DNA of 64,000 nt from Antedon mediterranea (taxonomy: Eukaryota; Animalia; Echinodermata): the NCBI RefSeq assembly GCF_964355755.1, contig NC_092671.1, forward strand, positions 12,958,001 to 13,022,000. The letters run 5' to 3'. The position numbers and the translations under genes were made by a program. Below the pieces are notes generated by a model. That model was given only the letters and a program-made list of their open reading frames with translations. It did no database searches and was not told the origin of the DNA. Below are positions 26,020 through 39,663 of the stretch, piece after piece. The number at the start of each line of letters is the position of its first letter. Within the stretch, counting starts at the first letter, position 1.

Positions 26020-28364
26020 CCCCTTCTAACCTAGCAGCAGCTTGCCTTATTTGTATGGAGTGTGGAATGCCTTTAATGATAGTTCTGTATGTTTATTTTT
26101 CTTTCATCTCTTTTTTTTGTCAACTTCCAGGAAAAGTCTGCATACTCCTGATGTCTAAATATGTTCATTGCATAATTAAATTTCATTCAGATATACGTAA
26201 AATCCGTTCCCTGTAAAGGAATCTCTCATTCACAGTTCAGTGATCATGGGTTGTAGCTTTAATTAATATTAATTTTATGTTCAGGCTCCAGTACTACTTA
26301 CATAATATCATAAATAATGTTGAGTGAGGCACCAGTATAAATTAGTACAAAATTAATCAATGGACATTGCATGTAAACTTAAATATTTAATTTTTTTTTA
26401 AATTAAATTTTAAACTGATTGCCTTTATACTTCAAAATGACTTTTTAAGAATTAAGGTACTGTAGACAACCATTTAATATCATTTTCCAAGAGGCCAAAG
26501 TAAACTCTAAGCATACTGAGTGTATGATATGAACAATGTGGTACATGCTGAACAGACAAGGCAAATTATTAAATTTCTGTCAAGATAAAATAAGAAATAT
26601 ATTGTCTTTGTACAAAAACAATCCCACTGTATTCCTTAACTAGCTACAAAAATTTGCCTGTTTCCATATAGAAACAAATAAAAAAGGCGGAAATTTCTTA
26701 CAGAACACATTGTTCACAAATCCCAACATACCATCATCATGTCTTACACAGAGTTACTTCATAAAATTAGTTTTCTATGGCAAAACAAATACTAATGTGC
26801 AGTATATTTGCTGTAAATTTGTGAAAATCTGGTATTTGGTACATAGTCTTTTTTATCGTATTTATAAACATGTGTTGACATTGTGAATTTGTTCCCACTG
26901 GTTATTTACGTTTATAATGAAGAAGGTTAATTTGATACTCATTTGTCATTTGTCAATTTAATATCTAGAAACAGTAGTCAGCTGTTTATACTGTACATTA
27001 GCTATTCTATTTATAGCTCATGACATAATTAATTAAACACATCAAAGGCAGAAATTAATATTTGTAATATTACACTTGGGATACAGTATGGTAAGGTTTG
27101 TTTCTAGATAGCTAATTTATTTGCTATTTATTTGATTATTTCACCATTTACCCATTGAACATCTTTCTATCTATATTCTGAAATTGAACAGAATACTAGA
27201 CAAAAGAAATCACTATTATTACAGTATACTGTAGCTTATCATTAAATCAAATGTATTTTGTACTAATGAGTTGACTCCCTAAAAATCCATGTACATGCAA
27301 AACCCAAGTACTTTACAAATCGTACCATGACATTTTGTGTTCAAAAGGAGAGATTATGTTTTAGGTGAAGTACATTACTGAATAATGTGGTCATTGAAAT
27401 ATAGTAGAATTCCTATTAAGGAGATAACTTTAATTAATTGAACACTACACTAGTATATATTTACTGTAGACTTCAGAAGTACACGTAGACATGATTTTAC
27501 CCATGACGCATTAACAATGACTGATACTTCAGCTTCTTCTGTACTTACAAGTTTTTTTTTTTATACCCGAGTAGATTATAATGATGTTTAAAAAGAAACT
27601 GGTAGGCTTTTAAAATTTATTGGCAAATACTTTACGATTATTGTTGATACTGAGTGGGATCTTCCTAGAGCTTTTCTGTGATTCAGTTTACTATTAAAAT
27701 CAAGTCAAGGCAAGTCAACAAAACCTATCCATGATACTTATATTGGCATTACTAAACTTTGTAATTTAAAAATGTTATTAAAGTAATTGACAAAAATATT
27801 AACTATCTCAATAAAAAAAAATTAAGAAGAATAAAAAATTTGTTATTGTAGTACAGTTATGGTAGAAACCCTGCATTGGGTTATCCGCATATCTCTCCAG
27901 TTGCACCTCCTACAGCTGCTACTGTACTTTTTCTGGATATTTCCCTTTCTTGCATTTCAAATTCAGAATCGGTATTGCAAAATTAGTCTTTATTAATTAG
28001 TGTCTTAATATGTTTCAATCTTACAAATGATGGATGTTTGCTTGCTTGTAATATTTTGTCTACATTATTCCTAGGAAGCTTTACCCATGTTGAATTCTTA
28101 AAATAACAATAATCATGCTAAGAAGAATAGTTCTGAAATGGGCAGAGGAAGGATTCTACTTAAAAATAACTGCTATATTCCTAAGCTTGTATAATTATTG
28201 ATTTGAATTTGTCTTGGTTTAGTTAACATACAGGTTTTGAGTAGTACATGCATATTAGTTAGTGATTGCTAGAGGCTGGACAAGGACTTGCATGCTTTAT
28301 ATGTATAAAAAAGAAATATGATTATCCAAAAATGGACAACCGTTGGGCCAACTTAAATTAAAAA

Positions 28365-28945
28365 TATAGTAATATATAAAAATATTTCCTGGGCATGGTT
28401 AAAATTATAGCCCAAGGTGATCCGGAGACTATATTATATCCGAGACGAAGTTGAAGGATATAGCGTGTCTCCAGATCACAGAGGGCTATATTTTTTACCG
28501 TGCCTCGATAAAAGCCCAGTAAATATTTTTTATATACCGTACCACGCAGTTCGGTTGCAGGCTAGACCAAAGCGAATGCAAAACAATTGGAACTTGTTTG
28601 GAGTAGGCCTAGCTAGTGCAGTGAGTGACACAGTTTTCTGCGAAGACGCAAACATCAACAAAAGGCCTGAATTTGATAATTTGTTACGTCTAAATATGCA
28701 ATAAATATTCATATACTGTACTTTATTTGTTCATATTTTAAATGGCCGCTAAACATACTAAATCCATCGTAGGCTAGTGCAGCTACGCAATCGTTGCATA
28801 GCGCATGTGGATCTGATTGTGTATATTGAGATAAGATATGGAAACAGATATACGTAGTTTAGCCAGTCTATATTTCGAGGGCATGGCAATAACTGTAGAC
28901 CGGCGATCAGATGCCGTAAATTGAAAGGTGCCGGTATATAATAAT
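28365..28945. mobile_element. Unclassified non-autonomous element (Crypton-like appearance)
   Basis: CpG-rich block with nested inverted motifs (TATATAAAAATATTT / AAATATTTTTTATATA; CCGTGCCTCGA / TCGAGGGGCATGG), ending CCGGTATATAATAA. Confidence 0.35.
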
Positions 28946-29470
28946 AATATTAAATATATAATTATAATGGGTCTTATTATTTTTTTTAATTATTAAAACA
29001 TATTTAGGCAGGATAAAATAATTCAGAAAAGAAGATCACAAAATTTCTGTTTTTCAATGGTCTTTACTTGCTATAAAATTATAGTACTGCTAAAGTTGGT
29101 TATGAATTCAGTTTTTTTGTGTAGCCATTAAGTAAAATAAACCTTCGTACTTCCCGACAAGGAAACTATTCTACGCCTCTGAAATACAGTATATCAATGC
29201 ATATTTTTAATAATTAATGAGATTTCTCATCACACCAATAAATTCTTAAGTGTTATACTGCCCTCTATAGTCAGGATAGCTAAATAAAACTAGACAATTT
29301 TAATTCCTTATATTTATTACAATACAAGTAAATGGATACAATTTAAATGATTACAATATAGTACTTGTCTTTAAAGAAAATATATTATAATTTTTATTTT
29401 TATTATGTGTTAGCTATGCAACCTGTACATCTTCACTTATATAACAATATACTTTGATCTTTTGTTTTAG

Positions 29471-29560
29471 TCTGGAAAAGTTGGCAAAAAGAAGCATAGA
29501 ATGAAGCCATCGAATGGTAGTTTTTCAGACACAAGTTCCAATAGTTTTATTATTCGGCAG
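29471..29560 (+). CDS. CACNB: Cav-beta subunit exon 2 (SGKVGKKKHRMKPSNGSFSDTSSNSFIIRQ)
   Basis: tttgttttag| acceptor, CAG|GTAAGT donor, 90 nt, phase 0-0. Resembles the vertebrate CACNB exon 2 motif (basic patch, then ..SDTTSNSFVRQ). Confidence 0.9.
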
Positions 29561-32302
29561 GTAAGTTTTGTTTTATTATCCACAAACACTAATTTAAGAA
29601 TATTTTTTTTATATTTAGCCTGATTTGAATTTGAGAGGAAAGAGAGAGAGAGAGAGGAATAAGGTAGGATTGTGAGACAAGGAATGAACAAAACTATTTT
29701 GGCCATTTATCTTTGAAACTGATTAACAATGAGCACAATAATAAGTGACAGAGCTACAGTTGTTTTCGTGACTATAAGATTTGGATCTAAATGTGTATTG
29801 TCTGAGCAATATTGTATACTCTCTACACAATTTTGGCAATCATTATACTTAAACTTTCTTTGTTTGTATTGTTAAGAAAAAAGTACCCAAAAATGTTTAA
29901 AAGACATGCTTCAAAAAACTCTTTCTGTTTCAAGGATAATAAATATTATATAACTAACAATAACATCTGAGCTATAATAAATAGAATATGAAATAGACAT
30001 GAAAGAACCTTTTTATAGCATTTTGATTCCAACTTCCAACCTGCCTTTAAACAGTTTATTTTTAAAAGTTTACAATTTACATATTATGTCAAGGCAACAA
30101 GGATTTGAAGTACTGTAGTAAGTTATTTTATGGGCATTTAATGATGTCCCAAAACCAGGAATACCAAAATAACAGATTTTCTGAAGCCTGCAAGAATTTT
30201 GGACCATTTAAGAATGTTGTTTTCTGACAATTTTCAGGAGTTTGAGGGAGTGAAATTTGGAATAGAGTGGATTTAAAATATTACCTAATTATCACCCTTT
30301 TCTGATCATCTATGTGTAGGTACAAGTCCTTGTAGGATTAATCAATTGATTCTCAGTAATTCACACATTTCCATAAGAATGTTATACTACAGAAGAAGAC
30401 TCAAACACTATGATTAAAATATTTCTTTATCATTGTTACTTTGAGTTTAACTCCTGATTATTGGCAGTCATCAAAGAATGCAATATTCAATAGATATTAT
30501 TATTAATATTGACCACTTTACAATAGTTTAATCGGCAAAACAGGAGAGGGCTCCCTCCTTTGGGACCGGCCATCTAATTAGAGTTGTCAGCTGTAAGTGT
30601 TAGCAGCCTTGGAGCTTTGGGCCTGGTTAACACCTTATCTCCCATTGCCCATCTTATTTGTAGCAGTAAGCCATATTCGTGCGGTTAAATCTTACTTATA
30701 AATACCATTTTACGGTTTTAACTATTTTTTTGATGGGCTTTTGGGAGAGGATGCTACCAAGTTTGATCAGGTCAGAATGCGAAAAAAGCAAAATGAGGTA
30801 AAGATTATTATTACAGTTGTTGGTATCTTTGGATTAATTAGTTTTGATATGATGAACTTGGCTTGGCATTAATTAGTGTTAGATATTTTGTTAAATTATA
30901 ATACTGTAGGTTGGTTTAAAACTTATTACAGTAGAGTAATTTTTTAATTTTAAGTTTAAACACATGAAACAAAACATTGTCAGTGTACAGCCCAATACAC
31001 CATCAGAAACTGATACAGTATAAAGTAAGTCTGTTTGCAGTTTCAGGAACATTTCCGCCTTCGCCACTGCCATATAGGCAAATGCTGCACAATACAACAT
31101 TATTGCTATACCAAATTCAGATTGATACAGTGTATGAAATCAAAATCTTTTTTAAATGTTCCCAGACTAGTTTTTTATATCAATCAATATCATATCAGTT
31201 ATTAAGATTAATACCATTTTATTTCTGGTTGCCATAAAAAGATTATTCTTATTTTACATTATTGCAATTTGTGGCCCCTGAAAAAAATGATGTCTAATGT
31301 ATGTGATTGTGAACAAGCAACAGTATTAAGCAATTGATATTTTGTGTTCACTTTGGTTTATTCTAAAAATAAACCAGCTTATCATTAAATTCAGGTCATG
31401 AAAAAATATAGATCAATAAACATCAGAGGGGGTATGGTTATTAACAGTAATATCTGAACTATTCAATGTTGTATCATATTCAACAATTGTTTGCATTGTG
31501 TTGTAAATATAGTGCTAATCTATATTCTATCAGTTTTGTGTTTGATCATCATTACAGATTGTACTATTTAATGGTTTTAAATGTACGGTATGCATTTGTT
31601 ATCATAAAATTACAATTTTATCTAATTCAGAAAGTACAGTAATAAATTATGTTGACACTGTTATTGCCCTTAATCAATTTAACAATTTATTAATATTTAT
31701 TCACTGCTGGCATCCACAAATTCACTTAGTGTCATTTAAAGCATAGAACCATTTCCCACAAACTATTCGAGGTTTTATAGGCGTTCAAGTCTATGTTAAA
31801 TTGCACATGTAAATATTAATTTTGTCATGTAGCGATATTATTATTAGATATTTAATGCAGTATGCATCATGTAATGTTCTATTTGATTTTTAACTGTTTC
31901 TTTTACTTGCATACATAGGTGTGTTAAAATTTGTCAACTTTTACATTAATCAGTTTTATTACCTGCATAATTATGAAAGACTATTATTATCTATGTATTG
32001 TACAGAATTAAAAAAAGTCTGAACCCTTTGCAATAATGGAATGCTCGGTAACAATGCTTGAAATGGTTATTACAAGGTTGTCTCTGCTAACACAGAAAAG
32101 GTGATCAAATCCATACAGAGGTGAAGTAATGCCTGACAGAGACCAATGAATTTGCTACCATACAGGTGTGAAAGAGTGTAAAGTAAATTTGCATAACAAC
32201 AACCCTGTCCGCTGTCAAATGAATTTTGCAACATCCCCCACAATAACAGAATCATTAACTTCAGCGTACATGGAATTTTAAGCAACTGCATCTGTCAGAA
32301 TC

Positions 32303-32872
32303 ATGGTTTGGTTTGAAGATGTTTTTACCGCCCTTGAAGATGCCTTGGTTCCGGGAGGTGGAAATAAACCGCCTCCCAAAAAACCGGAGAAAAAGAAAGA
32401 ACAAAAAAAAGAGAAGGAATCTAGTATTTTTAGCACTTTCATCGGCGACGATAAAACAGATGGGAAATCGTCAGGTACCAGTAGCAGTTTTTTTGATATT
32501 CATAAAATGGCAAGCACCACACTAGGTCTTGGAACGGATGAACCTAAACCAGAAGAAGGCCCAACACCTGCTAAGAAAGCAGCTAAGCCAGCGCCGAAAC
32601 AAGCACCAAAGAAAAAGACCCCAGTGAAGAAGCCCTCTCCTATGCCAAGCCCAAGAAGTGATGGTGAACGAATATTTGAAATCACCCGTTTAGCCGTTCA
32701 TGCTCAAAAGCAGAAAGAAGCCGAATTAAAAGAGAGTTTAAGGAATGAATTAAAGATGTTAGAACATAAAGGAAGCGTAGATTCTGATAAGGACTCTGGT
32801 GTAGATGTTGGGATACATGTACCTCCAAGGAAACTAGCTCTACCTCTACCTGAACCTCTTGCTACCAGTGCT
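32303..32872 (+). CDS. CACNB: Cav-beta alternative first coding exon, 190 aa Lys/Pro/Glu-rich N-terminus (MVWFEDVFTALEDALV...PEPLATSA)
   Basis: Kozak aatcATGG, in-frame TAA at 32279, coding-like composition, donor GCT|GTGAGT at 32873 in phase 0, compatible with exon 42123. Confidence 0.75.
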
Positions 32873-33779
32873 GTGAGTTTATTATTACCTTTCTATTTTT
32901 GGTTTTCATCAATATCTTTTTTGGGGTCTTTTTCTTGATATCAATTTATTATTTTTATTTTAAATAATTGATTTTGTCGTGAAATTGGCATTACATTTGA
33001 GAAAGTTTTTAAATATTTAGTAAGTTGTACACATTACATTATGTGCTGGTTGTGGAATCCTAATTTAATAAAAAGTGCTGTGCTATCATTTGGTTCACTA
33101 TATTATCTTAATCAAATTAAACTTATTTATATATTTTAAACTATTTTTTTTATATGCTTTTTTTGTATTAAATTTTATGTGTAGTTCTGACTGAATTTGT
33201 CTATTTTTGGTCCATCATTTTTATTTTTTAATGTTTCAATTTTTGTATTACAATATTTTCAGACTTCTTCAGACGTCTGATTTTTCTAAATGTCTTTATA
33301 TTACTGTACCTGAATAAATAAATAATTTATATAGGAAATGTTTTAAATATTTAAATTTATTTAAATATTTTTACTTGGTTGTTGGTTTAGGTTAAGTGAA
33401 TACAGTACCTTTATTTAGATACATAAAATTAATATTTTTTATAGACAAATATTTATTTTTATTTTTTAAAATATATTTTATATGTTTTTAAAACATTAAT
33501 TTCGTATGGTTAAAGGGTATTTTTAACATCATATTTATTGATATTGTTTACCGCTGTTGTTATTATTTTTATGTTTAAGTGTATTAAATAATTTAATAAT
33601 AGTTTTCATTGCAAGACTTTTAATACGCTCTACTACAGAACATTTATCATCACTTTTGCTGTAGGTAGGTTACATTTTTATTTTCGCATTGAAATACTTA
33701 GAATTAAGTATTGTCTAATAATTGATTGAATAATATCAGTTCAAAAGTTTAAGTAATATCATACAGTATACTCCTATAG

Positions 33780-34100
33780 AGGATCAGTTACTGCTCTATT
33801 CATGGAAAATAATAAAATAAAATTCATTTGAAATTAAGGTTAGTAAATAGTAGTAGGAAACTTAACAACTCCCTGCTTTAAGTAACCCTGTAACTTGTAC
33901 TTTATTCTTATTGCTTATTAAAAGTAATTAAACTTTAAATACTAGTTGAAAAGTTTAAATGATATCGTCATAGTAGACACAATGACATCAGTTTTCATGG
34001 AAAATAATAAAATAAAATTCATTTGAAATCAAGCTTAGTACATTAGAAAGCTTTACAAATTTAGTAAGTGATCCTGTGATAAAAATAGTAATTAAACTGA
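33780..34100. repeat. Local tandem duplication
   Basis: TTCATGGAAAATAATAAAATAAAATTCATTTGAAAT occurs at ~33799 and ~33994, with similar downstream sequence. Confidence 0.7.
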
Positions 34101-34989
34101 ATTTTGACCATTTTTGGAAAGTACGATTACTGAAATTCAAAAAGATTATTATGGGTGTGATATATCCAGAGCAAATTAAAAAAAAATTGAAAAGTGGATG
34201 GATCCATGAAATTATGAACTTTTATTTTTGACATACTATTATTAATATTATGTGTTAGTGCTTCCCTGGATTTGTCACCTTATACACATTGAATAAACTA
34301 ATATATTTATCACATTTACTAATAATAATCATTATTTTATATATTTCCATCTTTTTTAATTTGGTGTTATTGTTATTTAGTGTAAAGTTACAAGTAAGCA
34401 AATTGTTAAAACTACAGTATGGGATACTAAACGTGCCGGTCATCGTGTGCAGTTAAATTCTCTTTAATTAACATAACAATGAATTATTGATATTAAAGTA
34501 AAGCTCGATCAATAATACAATGTAAAACGTTATGAAGAATTTCCATAGGCTGGACAAATTGAATTTATTGATGATTCATTATTTTTTATACCAAACAAAA
34601 ATTGTTCAGATTTAAATGTCATCTGTATACTGTTACACTACAGATGAATTAAAAGAATAATTTATTCAATTTATAATTAATTCAATAAATTGTGATTCAA
34701 GCCGAAGGATGATTAAAATGTTATATTTGTTCCTTACTAAACAATTTTTTGCTATAATGGTGAACAAATAAAGTTGACATACAGTACAGTAGATCCCCTA
34801 TTATGAGGACACTTCCGAGACTCAACAATTGTCCCATTAATAGGGTTATCCCCTTAATTATGGTTGGTTGTAGCATTATAACATATTAAACTTGTTTCAC
34901 AGAAAGTTTCCCCTGAATAGAGGTGTCCCAAAGAAAAGATGTGTCGACAGTACACAAGAATAGCTTTCACTTTGTTTACTGCAGTGAGC

Positions 34990-35420
34990 TGTAAGCCGAA
35001 GGCTAGAGGGCGTACTCTAGACTGAAAAGTGATTCCAACAGGAGGGGAACCAACAAGATGGCAGCCGTAAATGTATTCAAAAACATTATTTAATATAAAA
35101 AATAATAATCTAATATAATACATTAAGACCACATACATTACAACACATATTCTTGCCAAAGCACAGTGAAGTTTTTATAATCTAGCATTTTTTGTACAAC
35201 GAGGATCATATAGAATGCTTTTGCCTTTATACGCTTAACACGCTGCATTTCGTATCGTTCTGATGCAGGTAGGCTCAACACAGGCGTAGCAGTGCGTACA
35301 GCATAGGGCATATCTGATTGGTCAATTGCAGCCGCCATCTTGTTGGTTCCCTCTCCATGGAGAATAACTTTTGAACTGCGATAACATTAAAGGATTGCCA
35401 TCCAGCCTTCGGCTATTACA
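34990..35420. mobile_element. MITE family A, copy 2 (uninterrupted, ~430 bp)
   Basis: Ends TGTAAGCCGAAGGCTAGA / TCCAGCCTTCGGCTATTACA; inner inverted pair CCAACAAGATGGC / GCCATCTTGTTGG. Confidence 0.8.
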
Positions 35421-36442
35421 GATCACTGGTTTACTGTAAACAAAATTGACATTCAGCTCTTCAAATTATCACAATTTGCAGGGAATGTGCTTTAAAATAT
35501 TTATTTTGTTTGAAGTAAGGTAATGTAGAGAACAGTAAACTTTTCATCATAACATTACTTGGTTTATGACCCTCTCCTCTCCCATTTTTTAAACAAACAT
35601 TTTTTGGGTTTGTTAATTGTTTTACATTTGTATAATAATATTCACATTCGCTTTCTCTTTCATTCAGTGCTGTGTACTGTAAGAAGACAAATACTGCCCT
35701 CTCTTATTTTTAGATCTTGCTCTCCTCCAACTGGGGCAACAAAATGTTTAATAAGAGAATTAGGGAAATTTGTCATGTCATAATAGTTAATAACTGAATA
35801 TGGAATATTTCAATGTTGACTATATATTAATATTTAACATAATTTTAATTGATTGAATACATTTTGCTTTTAAGTTCCACTTCTGCTAAAGTTTTAAGTT
35901 TAGAAAAAAAAAACACATTTTAAAATAAAAATTGTATTTATGGTTTTGAGAGAATATTTAATAATTTAATTATTTTATAATTAATATTTAATAAATTTAA
36001 TAATTTAACAGAACAAAAATCTGACATGAAAACAATTGCACTAACAATATAGCAAAACTACTATCATACATGGCTATAGACCACACTAACAAAACATTTT
36101 TACCAAATTTAATTCTAAAATCGAAAAATTAAATCACAAAGTATATTTGCATTTCTTTTGTAATAAAGTATTTTTAATACAAAACCATTTAAATTAATTT
36201 ATCGTCTCATTAAAATATTAATCACTAAAATTTAGGTGACTCAACATTTGTAGGTGCGGCAGTTGACATTATTAAATATTTTTTTGCATCAGCGACTGGA
36301 TAGCAGACTTTAAATTTTGCTTGTAATTTTAAACTTATAATCACCTTAAACCTTTAAACTTTATTTTTATGAATATTAATGTTTATTAAATTTACTGAGT
36401 TTTAATCTGTATTGTTATTTTTATATAACAATATTTATTTTT

Positions 36443-36485
36443 TATTATTATTATTATTATTATTGTTATTATTATTATTATTATT
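36443..36485. repeat. (TTA)n microsatellite
   Basis: Seen directly. Confidence 0.9.
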
Positions 36486-37957
36486 TAGAGTCTCAATCCA
36501 ATCAAGTTTTAATCACACCTTAAAAGCCCCCAAACGGGTATGATAATGGTGGGAGGATATCCGCATATTAAGCAGGACATTGCTGGTTCAAATCTCGGTT
36601 CCGGTGGCTGTTTCATTCTCGCAGATTCCTCATTTTCACAGATTCCTCATTTTCACTATTTATAAATTATTTTCCATCCCGGTCTAGAGTTTCTCCATGC
36701 CTGTGAATTAATATTTATTTATTAATTACTGTTTCAATTTTTCAATATCAAAGAAAATATTTAAATATAATTTTACTGAAAATTCATAATATTTCTGAAT
36801 AATTATTATTAGAAATGTATGAGTAGAATAATTAATTAATTCATTTATACTGTAAACCACTAGTACATAAACAGTTTCTTGGGAAAATTTAAATATTAGA
36901 AATTTCATAATTATTTTACAATGATGAATATTATAAATTATACAAAATAGCCTTGCTGATCATTTCTACTTACGGTAGCTTCATATTAACAATATTACAG
37001 TAATTAGGTAATTTTAATTATTATATTTAACGAGAAAGAAAGAGATGGCATGTATATTCATTATTCATAACTGATTGGTATTATGCATTCTGCATACATA
37101 TGCTTGTTATGAGAGTGCTCACCCTTTTTCATAGTAGTTATATGTAGAAAAAATATTCAAGCATATTAAGCTAGCTGAAACCAATATGTCTCGCATAAAT
37201 AATGGTATCTTCCATTCTGTATTCGGGTAGATCAATTTTGTAGAAAACACAATTTAATTATGTACTGTAAGAATTAAAGAAAGCATTACTTTTTGTTATT
37301 CTAATGTAAATTGCAATTTATTTGCGATTATTTTTTTATATATATTTGTAGTATACTTTGTGGTTAAATGATTATCCAATAGATTTTATTAAGATAATGG
37401 TAGAGTCCAATGGATAGGTAGTTAATCAGTATCAGTTAGCGTTGATCTTGGAGCAACAGCAGCATCCTAGGCTAAGATCTTCCCTTGAGATTCTCGTCAC
37501 AATAGCGTTCACATAGTGGAATGATACCTTTTACGTACCCCTGAGTAATATTCAGCATAGATGTGTAGCGGCAAGCGGGCTATCTGACTGTGTACAATAT
37601 TTATCATATCTGAAACTGGTAAAAGTAAACGGACTAGCCGAAGACTCCACCTAATTTGTTGTCACCATGACGCTGTCCAAATTATTGATGTGCCTGAGTA
37701 GTGTTTGCTCATATCTAGAAGCATAGCAATAGCGGAGCCATGATTACTCTTGAATGAACGTATTGACGTATATCAACGGATCAGCAATCACCTTTGGAAT
37801 AACTTACTGACTATATTAAGAAGACAGGGGAAAAAAACAAGTGGAAAGATTGACTTTTGTATTTTATATCAAGATTTAAAATTTTTACTGAGGATATAAC
37901 ATCTCATGGAGAGAATTTTTTTATGACTTGGTCTGGTTTGACGTGTAGGGGTCCATC

Positions 37958-38044
37958 ATGACTTGGACTCGGAAAGAACCGACTCGAGGATCTTACGCCT
38001 CTATCAACCAATTTGATCCTGACATCCCAATATCAACAGATGAG
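37958..38044 (+). CDS. CACNB: Cav-beta alternative first (or cassette) exon (MTWTRKEPTRGSYASINQFDPDIPISTDE)
   Basis: catcATG start, 29 open codons, GAG|GTAAAA donor in phase 0, preceded by ~550 nt of GC-richer UTR-like sequence. An in-frame TAG at 37946-37948 could act as an upstream stop or as an acceptor. Confidence 0.6.
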
Positions 38045-39623
38045 GTAAAATGCAACAACGTGTATTATTATATTATATTATAGAGATACTGTATTTAAAC
38101 ATGTTGAGTAGACTTAATTTTATTTTTAATTGTAAATAAGTAATTTTATATTTAAATTAATTACTTTTTCAATGTTCAATACTTAATATTTTCTGTTAAA
38201 ATATCCATAATAATTATTACCAAAATAGAGAATATATAATGTCATATTAAATGAAAGAAACATTAAAAATCCTTGGGATATTATCAGATTATAATAATAT
38301 TGATTTTAAAAGTCATTATCATATAAAGGGAAAATTTGTTATACTGCTTATTCACTACTCTACAAATTTGTTATTTATGAATTACTATGAAGGTACCGTA
38401 GCCTCAGTTTAGTGAGGGTATGTCGTATTTGATTATGTTTCATTTAGCTACTGATTTAATGTCATAAATATATTAATATTCACATTATTATGGAGTACTT
38501 ATTGCCACCTCTTTTTCTACTCAATGTATCATCAGAGCTTACGTTTACATGCACCTAGATCATTCTACAGTAGGCATTTACACATGCTCAGAATTTAATA
38601 CAAAAAATTGCAAATATAGCTATTGTAGTAACTACCCCAAAATTGATATCAGTATATACAGTTCATGCATGTATGTTTTTAAAATCATGAACATTTGAAC
38701 TTTTCTGTAAATCTGTTTATTTCAGATACCTTACAATCCACAATTAGTAGATAGATAACTTTGAACCTAATGAATTATTTAAGCAGTTTTCCTTCAGCAT
38801 ACAATAGCAAACCCAAGTAGGGGCTATTTCTAGGGGTGTTTCCATTTTGTCAACATCCTCTTTATAAATTCAGAATTTAATTATGCTAGCTAATTTTTGT
38901 CAATGTTAAAAAACAACCTTTAATAAACCATTAGATTTATGTTTAATTGTATAAATTTATGATAATTGACATCTCATCATATTGTCTTCACTATAAATCA
39001 TTTTTTATCTACTACAAATGAAACATTTATTCAGAAGCCTTAAAACAATAATATAATTTTAAAAATTAAATGTATTATTTTCTGGTAATTAATACAACAG
39101 TACCATTTTTATTATTCTCATGAATATATAATCATTTACAGGCATTAGAAGTACTGTACTGTCTTTTGATTGTTGATTAAAAGGAAAGACTCCCAAGCTA
39201 ACATACATTATTATATTTACAAGCTACACTTAATACAACATCAGTTTACTACGTCTGCATCCTATAACAAAATGCTAATTAAAGCTTACATTCAAGATAT
39301 TTACATAGAATTATTATAATGAGTCCTGCAAAAGATCTTAAAATGCCATAATAATTATCATGTAATTCATGTGATCGATAAACGGTTTGAAATAACAGTT
39401 GTAATAATTATTGTTTTAATGAATGAAATATTGTAATAATTTTAATTCAATTATTCTTATTATCAGCCGGCATTATTAGGTGATATGATAATTATAAAAT
39501 AACAAATTTGTTTTATGTTTACATGGCAACTGCAGTGGTAGTGATTTTGGGTAGGATCTTAAATATATTTTTAAAACTTAAAAGAGAAAATAAACAAATA
39601 ACAGGTTAACATCTTAAATGTCG

Positions 39624-39663
<40 letters not shown>
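39624..39663. repeat. (CAT)n microsatellite
   Basis: About 13 perfect CAT units. Confidence 0.95.

Noticed and set aside
25796-26216. ORFs with FSHLW / FTFVG / FHICG repeats
   Set aside because: Translations of the 18-bp CACATTTGTG minisatellite in different frames.
27088-27096. ATG|GTAAGG as a Met-only first exon upstream of exon 2
   Set aside because: Good donor and phase, but no promoter-like context; such matches are expected by chance in a 17-kb intron.
32873-32938. Hydrophobic C-terminal tail of the 211-aa ORF as a tail anchor
   Set aside because: It starts exactly at a GTGAGT donor and is T-rich intron read-through, although intron retention cannot be excluded.
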